Shown here piece after piece: positions 1 through 9,747 of a DNA stretch of 64,000 nt. The notes beneath the pieces were generated by a model. It was given only the letters and a program-made list of their open reading frames with translations, was not told the DNA's origin and did no database searches. The position numbers were made by a program, and so were the translations under genes. The first letter of the stretch is position 1, and each line of letters starts with the position of its first letter. This DNA comes from Thermoproteota archaeon (GTDB lineage Archaea; Korarchaeota; Korarchaeia; Korarchaeales; Korarchaeaceae), in the NCBI GenBank assembly GCA_027491395.1, contig JAOZFI010000043.1, positions 32,001-96,000 on the forward strand. The letters run 5' to 3'.

Positions 1-123
1 GGCTTATCTAGGATCGGATACGATGAACTGATCTCTAAAATCATGGAAAAGGCTCAAGAGTCTAGCTGGGAATCTAAGATAGTCTACGCCTCCTTTCCTG
101 ACGAGATAAGCTCCTGTAGATAG
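1..123 (+). CDS. 3' end of a gene entering the window, possibly a P-loop GTPase C-terminus (HflX-like)
   Basis: Frame 1 reads GLSRIGYDELISKIMEKAQESSW...* (TAG 121-123), resembling the G5-following 'SAxxxxGxDELxxxI' tail of GTPases; only a fragment is visible. Confidence 0.3.
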   Translation, partial: GLSRIGYDELISKIMEKAQESSWESKIVYASFPDEISSCR

Positions 124-460
124 AGCTGGTCTTCTCGATCGCCTCCAGCAGAGAATTTATCCTCGATAAGTCGTCGTCATTCAGTTCCTCACCCGCCTCG
201 TGGACTATCCTGTCCAGATGTCTTATTAGATCCCTCATTATTCTCTCCATCACTAACCTCTGTTCCTCTATCCTCACCTCTTCCTCCGAACTTACCAAGA
301 TGACCTTGGTCCCACACACCGCACAGACAACCTCTCCACCGGGGGTTTCGAAGAGGGGAGATCCGCAGACAGGACAGGTCTCGGGGAGCATCTTCCATCC
401 CCTAAGCAGGGCCTCCGCCAGCTTTCTACTCCTCTCCTCCGGCCCCACGCTCCCCGACAT
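74..460 (-). CDS. UPF0148 / autoantigen p27-family Zn-ribbon protein
   Basis: LLRGWKML..CPVCGSPLF....GEVVCAVCG motif followed by a helical tail. Confidence 0.8.
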   Translation of the reverse strand: MSGSVGPEERSRKLAEALLRGWKMLPETCPVCGSPLFETPGGEVVCAVCGTKVILVSSEEEVRIEEQRLVMERIMRDLIRHLDRIVHEAGEELNDDDLSRINSLLEAIEKTSSIYRSLSRQERRRRLS

Positions 461-546
461 CGAGTGATCCCCTTAGCCTAATCGCTTAGGTAATAATTTT
501 TTAAGTCGATGAGGCGCGATCCTACCGGAGTCTGCTTGATTCGGAG

Positions 547-840
547 GTGATTGTTATGGCCACCAAGAAGTCCCAGAAGATTAAGGAGTATGAGCAGTTC
601 CTATCAGAGGCCATCCAGAGACTTGATAAGATTTCTCAGGATAGGAGTGTCCCAAGAAATATAAGGAGAGCCACGACCGAAGCTATTGAGGCTCTCAGAG
701 ATGAGAACTTCAGTTACGGGGTAAGGGCCAACAAGGCCATTTCTATCCTGAATGAGATAGTAAATGATATCAACATGCCCTTCCCGACTAGGTCCGAGAT
801 CCTCCTAATAATCGGCCTCTTGGAGAGGATAAGGGACTAA
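547..840 (+). CDS. UPF0147 family protein
   Basis: D.SVPRNIRR and DINMP..TR motifs; GGAGGTGA SD suggests the ATG at 556 as start. Confidence 0.85.
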   Translation: MIVMATKKSQKIKEYEQFLSEAIQRLDKISQDRSVPRNIRRATTEAIEALRDENFSYGVRANKAISILNEIVNDINMPFPTRSEILLIIGLLERIRD

Positions 841-1568
841 AGGTCCCTTTTTCTGCACAGGGCCGAGATCAACTCGCTCTTAAGGAGGATGTTCTCCCAT
901 AACAGAACCTTACTTCCCGAAGTATCTTCCGCGATAAGCCTCATCAGATCCGACAGAGAGGAAACCGAGTAGGAGATTAAGTGATATAGATCGTCAGCTA
1001 CTGGCCGCTGCTCCAGTAATGACTTTATGTTCTCCAAACCCCTTAGAATGGGTTTAAGTCCTTCCAGATCAGCCGAAATATTACGCAACCTTTCAATTAC
1101 CCTATCAAGCACCTCGGCGTAGTTCCTTGCTCTCTCCTCCCCTATCGAGCTATGAGGCTCGCAGCATAATCTAACGGATCTAGCTAAGGCATCCAAAATG
1201 CCTATAGCCGCCTCTATCTCCCTCCTCAGGTTAGCCCTCCTTGAAGTCCTAGTACCCACATCGCTCAATATCCTCTCCCGAGCCCACTTAAGCTGGGATT
1301 CCAAATCGCCGATCTTAGAGCTCAGGGCAGATAGCTCCCTCTTTAACTTGATAATGGCCTGAGGTCCGTACTCATCGAGAAATCCCATGAAAGAAGCTCT
1401 ATCTACCTCTGCAAGCTCCAATATCTCCTCAGGAATGTCTCCGGTCAGATCATCGAAGCAGGTGATTCCCGTCTTGGAGAGTAGATCAGCTAATCTCTCC
1501 CCAACCTCACTGCCGAAGTAGCTCTTCAGCGAACTGAGGAGGTAATCGGAGACGCGATCTCTTCCCAT
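837..1568 (-). CDS. hypothetical coiled-coil protein
   Basis: Long ORF; the 5' part of the track ORF overlaps tRNA-Phe, so start moved to ATG 1568 (MGRDRVSDY...). Confidence 0.6.
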   Translation of the reverse strand: MGRDRVSDYLLSSLKSYFGSEVGERLADLLSKTGITCFDDLTGDIPEEILELAEVDRASFMGFLDEYGPQAIIKLKRELSALSSKIGDLESQLKWARERILSDVGTRTSRRANLRREIEAAIGILDALARSVRLCCEPHSSIGEERARNYAEVLDRVIERLRNISADLEGLKPILRGLENIKSLLEQRPVADDLYHLISYSVSSLSDLMRLIAEDTSGSKVLLWENILLKSELISALCRKRDL

Positions 1569-1586
1569 ACTACCATCCCTAAGGAG

Positions 1587-1658
1587 TGCCGGGGGAGGGA
1601 TTTGAACCCTCGACCTTCCGGTCTTCAGCCGGACGCTCTCCCCCTGAGCTACCCCGGC
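1587..1658 (-). tRNA. tRNA-Phe(GAA)
   Basis: Cloverleaf GCCGGGG/CCCCGGC-A, anticodon loop CTGAAGA, T-loop TTCAAAT; CCA not encoded. Confidence 0.95.
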
Positions 1659-1665
1659 AGTCAAA

Positions 1666-1741
1666 TGGTGGACCGGGGGGGACTCGAACCCCCGACCTCC
1701 CGCATGCCAAGCGGGCGCGCTACCAGCTGCGCCACCGGCCC
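1666..1741 (-). tRNA. tRNA-Ala(GGC)
   Basis: GGGCCGG/CCGGTCC acceptor with G3:U70, loop TTGGCAT, encoded ACCA. Confidence 0.95.
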
Positions 1742-1835
1742 CAGACCATCATGGACGACTTGGGAATTTTAACCTTTTCTCTGCATCGTGAGGCGCTCCC
1801 AAGGGGGAGGGGTGAATGGATTAAACGCATTGAGG

Positions 1836-2027
1836 TTATACGACCCTTAAACCCTTCCACCTCACCTTGTTGGCCCATTCGTACCTTCTCATCCTCTTAC
1901 TCCTTCCAAAACCACATGCTGCACAGTAACCCTTCCTTACATTGTACGAGTGCCGTCCGCACCTCCTGCACCTGATGTGGGTCTTGCCCCTTCCCCTTCT
2001 ACCCATCGACGGAGTTCCCTTCACCAT
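1836..2027 (-). CDS. rpl37e: 50S ribosomal protein L37e
   Basis: KGTPSMG..., [13 protein letters not shown]...CAACGFG Zn finger. Confidence 0.97.
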   Translation of the reverse strand: MVKGTPSMGRRGRGKTHIRCRRCGRHSYNVRKGYCAACGFGRSKRMRRYEWANKVRWKGLRVV

Positions 2028-2040
2028 AACAGTACCCTCC

Positions 2041-2289
2041 TCACTCCATCTCTATCTTCGGTGTGGATATAGCGATCACGTTGTCTCCCCTTATTAAAAC
2101 CCTCTTACCTATTCTGCTCTGTTTAGTCTCCCCATCGGGGCTGGTATATATCTCCTCAGCATTGTCCAAGATGAGGTTGAGGTGGTTATCGTAGGCCCTC
2201 AATATTCCCCTAACGAATATGCCATTCTTCAAGGATACCAAGATATTTGTGTTAACGCTCTTGGAGAGGTATCTCATGGCGCTGGACAT
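2041..2289 (-). CDS. Sm/LSm archaeal protein (SmAP), upstream of L37e
   Basis: G.L..YD.HLNLIL..AEE and IRGDNV Sm1/Sm2 motifs; conserved linkage to L37e. Confidence 0.92.
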   Translation of the reverse strand: MSSAMRYLSKSVNTNILVSLKNGIFVRGILRAYDNHLNLILDNAEEIYTSPDGETKQSRIGKRVLIRGDNVIAISTPKIEME

Positions 2290-2547
2290 GTCGGTTCCCC
2301 TCGTCGATTCATTGAATAAGGAGGCTTTTTCCTTTTAAATAGGTTTTGGATGCGATATCCTAGATCAGATCTGCGGGACTTGCTAGGATAATCAGCTCCC
2401 TGTAAAGGAACCTCCATTGGAAATTCTCTCCCATCCCCATATAAAGCGATCGGGGAAAGGAAAATCCTCTTTTCATGCCCCCAGTCGAGTAGTCTTTAAA
2501 TATGTGTTGAGGTGAGATTATCGAAGCAAGTTCGTGGGGGTTGTACT

Positions 2548-2952
2548 TTGGGTTTCTTCAGAAAGCTCTTCGGAAGGGGAGAGGAGGAGTACGAGGAAGA
2601 ATATCCCGAGGAGGGGTATGAGGAGGAGATTGAGTATGAAGATCTAGATTACGAGGTAGAACCGGCGAAGGCCAAAGTTCTAGCTGAGAAGGCGATCACT
2701 GTGAAGCCCATGAGTCTGAGAAACGCTGAGGATGTCGAGCAAGTTCTCAACGAGATAAGCGAGGGTAACATAATTCTTCTGAGATACGATGACTTGGCTG
2801 CTGAGGGTGAGGAGAAGCTGAGGTTCATCATACAGAGGCTGAAGGAAAGGGTTCTGGAGATGGGTGGGGACTTGGTGCTGATAAGGGACAGGGGCTATCC
2901 TCCCATACTGATAGTCCCTAGGTTCGTGGAGATATGGCGCAGTCCCGAGTGA
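2548..2952 (+). CDS. sepF: cell division protein SepF (DUF552)
   Basis: N-terminal amphipathic GFFRKLFG, acidic linker, C-terminal GNIILL...GGDL...IVP core; TTG start at 2548 inferred. Confidence 0.8.
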   Translation: MGFFRKLFGRGEEEYEEEYPEEGYEEEIEYEDLDYEVEPAKAKVLAEKAITVKPMSLRNAEDVEQVLNEISEGNIILLRYDDLAAEGEEKLRFIIQRLKERVLEMGGDLVLIRDRGYPPILIVPRFVEIWRSPE

Positions 2953-2965
2953 CTCAAGGCGTTGC

Positions 2966-4861
2966 TCAAGCCAGTTTGAATGTCTCTCCCATATGGGGGG
3001 CGGAGAACCTCATTCCGCCTATACTCTTGTGGGCTAGGGGGATGAACGATCTTATTTTGTTCTCCTCTCCGTGCACTAGGAAGACCCTGTGCGGCCTGGG
3101 CTCAACCGTATTCAGGTAGGTGAGGAGCTGCACCTTGTCGGCATGAGCCGAGAACCCCTCGACGACATGAACTTTGGCCCTCACCTCGACCGTGACCATC
3201 TCACCTTCCTCGTTTGGCACCCTGATTTCCCTAGCTCCGTCCCTTATTCTCCTACCCAAGGTTCCTTCGGCTTGGTAGCTCACCAGCACTATGGAGTTAT
3301 CCTCATTCGGTGCCATGAGCCTCAGATACTCGACACTAGGACCTCCTGTGAGCATTCCCGAGGGAGCTATAATCACAGCAGGCCCTCCAGTGGTCACATC
3401 AGGCCTCTCATCGGGACCGCCGATGAAGTTGAAATGGGGATCGGTGAAGGGATCCCTGTCCTCCTTGAAGACCCTGTTCCTGACGTAGGAGGAGAGGTAG
3501 TCTGGATAAGCCGAATGGATCGCTGTCGAGTCGTAGATCATACCATCTAAGTAAACTGGTACGTCTGGAAGTGATTCCCTGCGGAACCCATCCACTAGGG
3601 AGAGCATTATCTCTTGGGCCCTGCCTACAGCCAGAGCGGGTATGAGAACCTTCCCTCCCCTCTCCGTCGTCTCCCTTATTATGGAAAAGAGGGTTTCCTC
3701 AGCCTCCCTGAGGCTGGGCAGCACGTCCCTCTCTCCACAGTATGTACACTCCATTATGAGGGTCTCAACCCTCGGGAACCTCCTCATGGCCTTATCTAAC
3801 AACTTGGTATCTCTATATCTGAAATCCCCGGTGTAGAGGATGTTATGCCTGGCGCTCTCTATGTTGAGATGGGCCAAGCTCGAACCCAGTATGTGCCCAG
3901 CGTTGTAGAGGGTGAGCTTTATGTCTGGAGATATATCGACGGTCTCTCCGTAATCCAAGGTAATCATATGGTTCATCAGATTCACAACATCCCTCCACGA
4001 GAAGAAGGGTGTTATCCCCATCTTCTGGGAGAGATTCAGATAGTCGTAAAGTAGGAGCATTATCAGGTCCCTAGTTGGTTTCGTCAAATATACGGGACCC
4101 CTATATCCATACTTGAACAGGAGAGGTAGAGCCCCAGAATGATCTAGATGGGCGTGAGTCACCACAACGGCATCGAGTTCGTCCAGCCTAAATATGGGAA
4201 GATCGAACCTTGGAAACGGATTCCTACCACCCACACTTATCCCGCTATCCAGTAGTACGGTGCTCTCATCTGTGTGAATTAGGATGGCGCTCCTGCCCAC
4301 CTCCCTAGCCGCCCCCAAGAATGTGACGAACAGGCCCCTGTCAGCTCCTACTGGGGGCCTATATATCCTAGAAGAGAGCCTCTTAAGGATTCTCTTCCTC
4401 TCGGCAGATCCGGATATCAAGATGTTGTAGAAGGTCTCCAAGAAGGCTGATTTTATTGTGGGAGCCCTTATTATGATGGGTCTCCACCCTGTCTCCTTCA
4501 GGATCTCCAGTATGTTTGAACCGCCCTTCCCGACGACGTAACCCGTCCTCTTAGCAATTATATATACCTCGTTAGTCTCATGAACAAATTTTATATCAAT
4601 TATCTCGGCTTTCTGAGGAACTAACTTCCTTATGAACTCTATAGTGGCACTTTCGTCCTTGAGAGGCTTCGATGCCAGTACTATAATTTTCTTCTTCAGG
4701 GTCTTCGCGGCGTTGGTGATGACATCAGGTATGTCCAGTATCTCCTTGGGATCCTCCGCATAAACGACGACGAAAGGTCCCTCCAAATCGACCTTGGTTA
4801 TCCTAGCGTACTGGGAGAGGTATTCCCTAACTCTCCTTTTCAGCTGATCTATGGGCTGCAA
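2966..4861 (-). CDS. fttA: beta-CASP/KH ribonuclease aCPSF1 (transcription termination factor FttA)
   Basis: N-terminal KH domains, EVGRS, THAHLDHSG, AGHILGS, GFSAHAD and VHGE motifs; 631 aa. Confidence 0.95.
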   Translation of the reverse strand: MQPIDQLKRRVREYLSQYARITKVDLEGPFVVVYAEDPKEILDIPDVITNAAKTLKKKIIVLASKPLKDESATIEFIRKLVPQKAEIIDIKFVHETNEVYIIAKRTGYVVGKGGSNILEILKETGWRPIIIRAPTIKSAFLETFYNILISGSAERKRILKRLSSRIYRPPVGADRGLFVTFLGAAREVGRSAILIHTDESTVLLDSGISVGGRNPFPRFDLPIFRLDELDAVVVTHAHLDHSGALPLLFKYGYRGPVYLTKPTRDLIMLLLYDYLNLSQKMGITPFFSWRDVVNLMNHMITLDYGETVDISPDIKLTLYNAGHILGSSLAHLNIESARHNILYTGDFRYRDTKLLDKAMRRFPRVETLIMECTYCGERDVLPSLREAEETLFSIIRETTERGGKVLIPALAVGRAQEIMLSLVDGFRRESLPDVPVYLDGMIYDSTAIHSAYPDYLSSYVRNRVFKEDRDPFTDPHFNFIGGPDERPDVTTGGPAVIIAPSGMLTGGPSVEYLRLMAPNEDNSIVLVSYQAEGTLGRRIRDGAREIRVPNEEGEMVTVEVRAKVHVVEGFSAHADKVQLLTYLNTVEPRPHRVFLVHGEENKIRSFIPLAHKSIGGMRFSAPHMGETFKLA

Positions 4862-4871
4862 TCAGACACCC

Positions 4872-5549
4872 TCATCCCGAAAGCTCCTTCCACAATTCAG
4901 TAACCTCCTCCCTAGAGAGGAACCTCACGCCACCTCTGTCTATGACCACTACGTCAATTCCATCCCCAGTAGCCGAGTCTCTAGAGAGGGCGGCCATCAT
5001 TCCAGAGATTACGAGCCTGAGAGCGCTCTCTTCATCCATATCCGGGGAGTATCCTTCCTCTATAACTGAAATAGCGACCGGAGATCCAGAACCCGTGGCT
5101 AGATAATCTTCCTCGGTCAACGTCCCGAAGAAGTCCACATTGAATAGATGCGGACCCTCTCTGTCTATACCTCCCACTATCAAGTGAGCCATGAGAAAAT
5201 ATGGTCTGTAATTCCTCAGCATCACGGCTAGGAGCTTCGATATACCCTTCAAGTTCAGTGGCCTCTCCATATCTAGCTGGTAGAGTTCGGCCATGGCCTT
5301 TATGTGGTTGACTAGGTACTGCCCATCAGCGACCAGCCCCGAAATAGTAGCGACCGCATAGTCAGTCAACTGGATGGTTTTCACAGCGCTCTTACTGGCA
5401 ACAAAGGTACCACTCGTAGCCCTCTTATCAGAGGCGATTATCACCCCATCCTTGAACTTGACGCCGACAGTCGTAGTTCCCTTCAGCAGCTTTTCTAGCT
5501 GCTCGGGGACGTCAGCACGTGCCCCTTTAGTCCTAATACCATGGAACAT
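4872..5549 (-). CDS. psmB: proteasome beta subunit
   Basis: Propeptide followed by GTTTVG catalytic Thr, DKRAT, ATGSGS, RD..TGDG; conserved adjacency to aCPSF1. Confidence 0.95.
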   Translation of the reverse strand: MFHGIRTKGARADVPEQLEKLLKGTTTVGVKFKDGVIIASDKRATSGTFVASKSAVKTIQLTDYAVATISGLVADGQYLVNHIKAMAELYQLDMERPLNLKGISKLLAVMLRNYRPYFLMAHLIVGGIDREGPHLFNVDFFGTLTEEDYLATGSGSPVAISVIEEGYSPDMDEESALRLVISGMMAALSRDSATGDGIDVVVIDRGGVRFLSREEVTELWKELSG

Positions 5550-5643
5550 AGAACCACCTTTAGGTGAGGTTAAGTAGCTATCCCCATTCACTGGGGACAA
5601 TTGAATTAAAAGGATTCCGTTGAATCAGCATCGGTGCACTTAA

Positions 5644-6087
5644 ATGACTGATGGGGAAATAGTAGGCTTGGTACCGTCCTCTATAGCTAAAAGAGGGTTC
5701 AAATTCACCTTTGAAGGGATATCAGAAACGTGTAAGACCTGCAAGCTGAGGTCAGCATGCGTTGACGGGTTGGAGATGGGCAGGGTATATGAGGTCGTGG
5801 AGATTAACAGGAAGAAGAGATTTCCCTGCCCTCTGCACGGTGAGGTCGTGTTGGCCACCTTGAGGAAGGCACATATCCTCGTCGCCCTACCCTCCGGCCT
5901 CATAGAGGGCGCCACTATGCAGTATAAGGGGATAGAGTGCGAGGATATCTCATGCAAGAATTACCCATACTGCAAACCGGAGGGGATCGTGCCCGGAGAC
6001 AAGATAAAGATCGTGAGAGAGGTGGGCCCTCTATCCGGCTGTTCCAAGGTGGCTGGCTTCAAAATATACGAGGTTGAGGTCAGGTGA
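5644..6087 (+). CDS. UPF0179 family protein
   Basis: CxxCxLxxxC..LE.G..YEV....CPLH pattern. Confidence 0.8.
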   Translation: MTDGEIVGLVPSSIAKRGFKFTFEGISETCKTCKLRSACVDGLEMGRVYEVVEINRKKRFPCPLHGEVVLATLRKAHILVALPSGLIEGATMQYKGIECEDISCKNYPYCKPEGIVPGDKIKIVREVGPLSGCSKVAGFKIYEVEVR

Positions 6088-6108
6088 TCTCAACCCCAAT
6101 CAGGGCTC

Positions 6109-6834
6109 TCAAGTTTGAGACTCTTCAGCTTCCGACTCCTTCTTGGGGATTTCAAACTCCTCCAGAAAGCGGACCTTTCTAATGCTCTTGATGTGTCTCA
6201 TTATCAGAGAGAGGGATCTTATCTTCCTTGAGTAAGCGTCCCTCAGCACGTATGCCTTGGAAGGAAGCTCTACAGTCACCACGCCCCCCTCTACCTCCTC
6301 GACTTTTATGTCCTCCAAGGGCACATCGAAGGAGTCCGCTACTATAGCCCTTACCTTATCCAGGTCATTCTCTATCTTCCTGACCACCTTCCCAGATACC
6401 GCCAGTTCCCTGCCCGCCAAGGGGTGATTGAAGTCTATAGTAACCCTCCCACCGCTTATGGACTGGATTATCCCTCTCTGTCCGTCTACGTAGACAGTAG
6501 CTCCGATCTGGGGCTTGATACCCTCTCTTTCCAGCCTCTTCACCGAGAAGACCCTGACCTTACCCCTGTCGTAGGGGCCATATGCCTCCTCTGGACTCAA
6601 CTTGACCTCGAAGCTCTCTCCTTCGTTGAGATCTTTCAGCGTCTCCATCACCTTGGGGAAGAGGTCCGCCTCCCCGGGTATCACCAGTACTGGCAGGTAC
6701 ACGGATCTCTCGTCGTATATTCCAGATTCCTTGGCTATCTCCTCCACAGTAGTCTGGTATATCTTATCCTCCTTCGCGTCCTTTACCGTGAGATCAACTA
6801 GGAGGAACGCTTTACTGCTCAAATTCAACACCAA
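6109..6834 (-). CDS. slyD: FKBP-type peptidyl-prolyl isomerase (long archaeal SlyD type)
   Basis: PEEAYG and GGRVTIDFNHPLAG motifs plus archaeal C-terminal domain. Confidence 0.9.
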   Translation of the reverse strand: MVLNLSSKAFLLVDLTVKDAKEDKIYQTTVEEIAKESGIYDERSVYLPVLVIPGEADLFPKVMETLKDLNEGESFEVKLSPEEAYGPYDRGKVRVFSVKRLEREGIKPQIGATVYVDGQRGIIQSISGGRVTIDFNHPLAGRELAVSGKVVRKIENDLDKVRAIVADSFDVPLEDIKVEEVEGGVVTVELPSKAYVLRDAYSRKIRSLSLIMRHIKSIRKVRFLEEFEIPKKESEAEESQT

Positions 6835-6867
6835 GGAGAGAAAAGGGTGAGAGTATAATAAATTGAC

Positions 6868-8328
6868 CTAACCCTTGACGACGCCTATGGGTCTGAGTCT
6901 CGCGACGAGCTTCGCTATGCCCGCGCGATGGGTGACATTCACGACCTCATCCACATCCTTGTACGCGCCCGGTGCCTCCTCCGCAGCCACTGCGAAGGAA
7001 GCGGGCTTGACTATTATGCCCCTCTGAGCAAGCATCTGAACTATCTGGGTGCCCCTATATATCCTCTTGGCCCTAGCTCTGCTCATCACCCTACCAGCGC
7101 CGTGCGCGGTCGTCCCGAAGGACTCACTCATCGCCTGATGGGTACCCACCATGAGATAGGAGGCAGTTCCTTGGGATCCGGGAATGAGCACAGGTTGACC
7201 GACGTCCCTGTAATCGCTGGGCACCGCTGGATGGCCGGGCGGGAAGGACCTAGTAGCTCCTTTCCTGTGAACGTAGACCTTCACCCTCTTCCCATCCACA
7301 TAATGCTCCTCCAGCTTGGCTATGTTGTGGGCGACATCATAGACGAGCCACATACCCATATCTTCGGCGCTCCTCCCGAACACCTTCTCGAAGGATTCCC
7401 GGACCCAGTGGGTTATCATCTGCCTGTTGGCCCAAGCGTAATTCGCCGCCCCTCTCATGGCCTTGAAGTACCTCTGAGCCAGTTCCGTGTTGGCGTAGGC
7501 ACATATTAGCTGCTTATCTGGGAGCCGGAAGTCCAAGTTCTTGATGTTGGAAAGCATGAGTCTGAGGTAATCGTCAGCTACTTGGTGTCCGAACCCCCTG
7601 CTTCCAGTGTGGACCATGGCTGTGACTTGTCCCTCATGAGTTATACCCATGACCCTCGCTACCTCCGGATCATATATCTTGTCAACCACCTGAACCTCCA
7701 AGAAGTGATTGCCGCTCCCCAAGGTTCCCAGCTGAGGGGCACCCCTCTCCTTGGCCCTCCTGCTTATCACGGAGGGATCAGCTCCCTCCATCATTCCCCC
7801 TTCCTCAGCGTGTTCTAAGTCCTTCTCCCACCCGTAACCGTGTTCCACGGCCCACCTGGCTCCCATCAGTATGACCTCATCGAGCTGCTGAGGCGTCAAC
7901 CTCAACTTGCCTCTGCTGCCCAATCCCGAAGGGACATTGGCGAATAGGGTGTCGACCAGATGCCTCAGCTTGGGTCTGACCTCGTTCTCACTCAGATCGG
8001 TCCTTATCAGCCTGACTCCGCAGTTGATGTCAAAGCCGACTCCTCCAGGACTTATCACCCCCTCATAAGCGTCGAAGGCAGCCACTCCCCCTATGGGGAA
8101 CCCGTATCCCTCATGTATGTCCGGCATAGCTATGGAGTACTTGTAAATGCCAGGAAGTGTTGCTACATTAGCCAGCTGTTCCACAGCCCCCCTCTCTATC
8201 TGCTTCATCAGCTTTTCATTGGCGAAGACCAGCCCAGGAACTCTCATTCCGGGTTTAAACCCTTTTGGAAGTTCCCATCTCACCTCATCGATTTTCTTGA
8301 AGAGAGACTCCACACTCAAGCTTCTCAC
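6868..8328 (-). CDS. rtcB: RNA-splicing ligase RtcB
   Basis: MPDIHEGYGFPIG, DINCG, GSGNHFLE, HTGSRG, HNIAK, HRKGAT, HGAGR motifs; no intein; start may be TTG 8319. Confidence 0.97.
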   Translation of the reverse strand: MRSLSVESLFKKIDEVRWELPKGFKPGMRVPGLVFANEKLMKQIERGAVEQLANVATLPGIYKYSIAMPDIHEGYGFPIGGVAAFDAYEGVISPGGVGFDINCGVRLIRTDLSENEVRPKLRHLVDTLFANVPSGLGSRGKLRLTPQQLDEVILMGARWAVEHGYGWEKDLEHAEEGGMMEGADPSVISRRAKERGAPQLGTLGSGNHFLEVQVVDKIYDPEVARVMGITHEGQVTAMVHTGSRGFGHQVADDYLRLMLSNIKNLDFRLPDKQLICAYANTELAQRYFKAMRGAANYAWANRQMITHWVRESFEKVFGRSAEDMGMWLVYDVAHNIAKLEEHYVDGKRVKVYVHRKGATRSFPPGHPAVPSDYRDVGQPVLIPGSQGTASYLMVGTHQAMSESFGTTAHGAGRVMSRARAKRIYRGTQIVQMLAQRGIIVKPASFAVAAEEAPGAYKDVDEVVNVTHRAGIAKLVARLRPIGVVKG

Positions 8329-8351
8329 CCGTTAGCTAACCTAGGCAACCA

Positions 8352-8360
8352 TATATAAGC
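8352..8360. promoter_or_regulatory. putative bidirectional TATA box (rtcB / ksgA)
   Basis: TATATAAG centred in the short divergent gap, about 25 nt from each gene's SD region. Confidence 0.45.
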
Positions 8361-8395
8361 TTGTTAACCTCATTCTCAAAGGATGGTGATCTCTC

Positions 8396-9148
8396 CTGAG
8401 GCTTAAAAAGAGCTTGGGCCAGCACATAATGATATCGAGGAAGTGGCTCGGTGTCATGGCGGATCTACTTTCAATAAGATCCACCGATTCCGTGATCGAG
8501 CTGGGAGCTGGAACTGGAAATCTGAGCGAGGAGATCCTGAAGAGAAGTCCCAAGAGGCTTACGCTTGTAGAGAAGGACCCCAGCATGGTATGGCATCTCA
8601 AGTTGAGGTTCTCATCAGATCCCCAGGTGGAAATAGTTGAGAAGGACATCAGAGAGGTGCTACCCATCAGAGGCTACGAGAAGGTAGCTGCTAACCCACC
8701 TTACTACCTGTCCTCCACTATTCTGATAGGTCTCGCGAGGAGCGATTTCGAGAAGGCAGTGATGACCTTCCAGAGAGAATTCGCCGAGAGGATGGTCGCC
8801 TCCCCTGGGACCCCAGAATATGGAAGCCTGACGGTGATATCTTCCCTCCTTTTCAGCGTGAATATCGTGGCTATAGTGGGAAGGAGGGCCTTCAAACCCC
8901 CACCTAAGGTCGAATCGGCCATAGTGGTGATAGAACCCAAGGATGTTGAACCCGAGGTGAGGGAGGCAATCCTCAAGTACTCTAAGACGATATTCTCTAG
9001 GAGAAAGAGAACCCTCAGGAACGTCCTGAGACCCTTGGTGGGCGAAAAGGTGGAATCGGCTCCCCATGTGGATAGAAGACCGTACCATCTCTCTCCAGAG
9101 GAGGTATTGGAGGTGGTACTTTGGCTGAGAGAGCTAAGATCAGAGTGA
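8396..9148 (+). CDS. rsmA: 16S rRNA adenine dimethyltransferase KsgA/Dim1
   Basis: KKSLGQH, ELGAGTG, ANPPY, FQREFAER, F.PPPKVESA; conserved N-terminus extends to CTG 8396. Confidence 0.93.
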   Translation: MRLKKSLGQHIMISRKWLGVMADLLSIRSTDSVIELGAGTGNLSEEILKRSPKRLTLVEKDPSMVWHLKLRFSSDPQVEIVEKDIREVLPIRGYEKVAANPPYYLSSTILIGLARSDFEKAVMTFQREFAERMVASPGTPEYGSLTVISSLLFSVNIVAIVGRRAFKPPPKVESAIVVIEPKDVEPEVREAILKYSKTIFSRRKRTLRNVLRPLVGEKVESAPHVDRRPYHLSPEEVLEVVLWLRELRSE

Positions 9149-9747
9149 GAGGTCTCGAGATCGAGACTGACAGGGAGGTCTATACGCCTGCCGAGGACTC
9201 ACTACTCATGATCGACTCCGTAGATCTGTGGGGAGATCTTAAAGGAATCAAATGCTTGGATGTGGGAACGGGCACGGGCATAGTGGCCATATTCATGGCT
9301 GGGAAGGGATGTGAGACCTTCGCGACGGACATAACCTCTGAGTCAGTGGAATTAGCACGTAGAAATGCCGAGCTAAATGGTGTAGACATCCATGTCACCC
9401 AGGGTAACCTGATGGATCATTTCAGGGATTCTTCCTTCGACATCATAACGTTCAACCCACCGTATCTCCCGGAACCCCCGAGCGATGTCAAGCTCTCCGT
9501 ATCTTGGGCCGGGGGTTCGATGGGCAGGGAACTCATCGATCGCTTCCTCTCCGATCTTCCTCGTGTTATTAAAGAGGATGGTAGGGCAGCAGTATTGCAC
9601 GCGGACTACAACGAGCCGCATCTGACTCTAGAATGGGGAAGAAAGAGGGGATTCGATTCCCGCGTACTAGGCAGGAGGAAGCTAGCATTTCATGAGCTGA
9701 TTGTTATCGAGCTCAGACCTAGAAGCCTGAGAGCTGAGCGTCCCTGA
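9121..9747 (+). CDS. HemK/Mtq2-like (release factor glutamine) methyltransferase
   Basis: VY.PAEDS.L, DVGTGTG, FNPPYLP, WAGG..GR motifs. Confidence 0.9.
   Translation: MAERAKIRVRGLEIETDREVYTPAEDSLLMIDSVDLWGDLKGIKCLDVGTGTGIVAIFMAGKGCETFATDITSESVELARRNAELNGVDIHVTQGNLMDHFRDSSFDIITFNPPYLPEPPSDVKLSVSWAGGSMGRELIDRFLSDLPRVIKEDGRAAVLHADYNEPHLTLEWGRKRGFDSRVLGRRKLAFHELIVIELRPRSLRAERP

Noticed and set aside
1780-1835. Possible C/D box guide RNA between tRNA-Ala and rpl37e
   Set aside because: No canonical RUGAUGA/CUGA boxes and no target I can verify
1586-1975. 129-aa plus-strand ORF and the N-terminal extensions of ORFs 837..1664 and 11373..11945
   Set aside because: They are translations of tRNA genes or their antisense strands
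2290-2511. Longest intergenic gap, with a TATCCTAG...CTAGGATA inverted repeat
   Set aside because: Consistent with divergent promoters; a single 8-bp repeat is not enough to call an element
2578-2660. GAGGAG/GAGTA-rich quasi-repeats
   Set aside because: Encode the acidic linker of SepF; not CRISPR or a tandem DNA repeat
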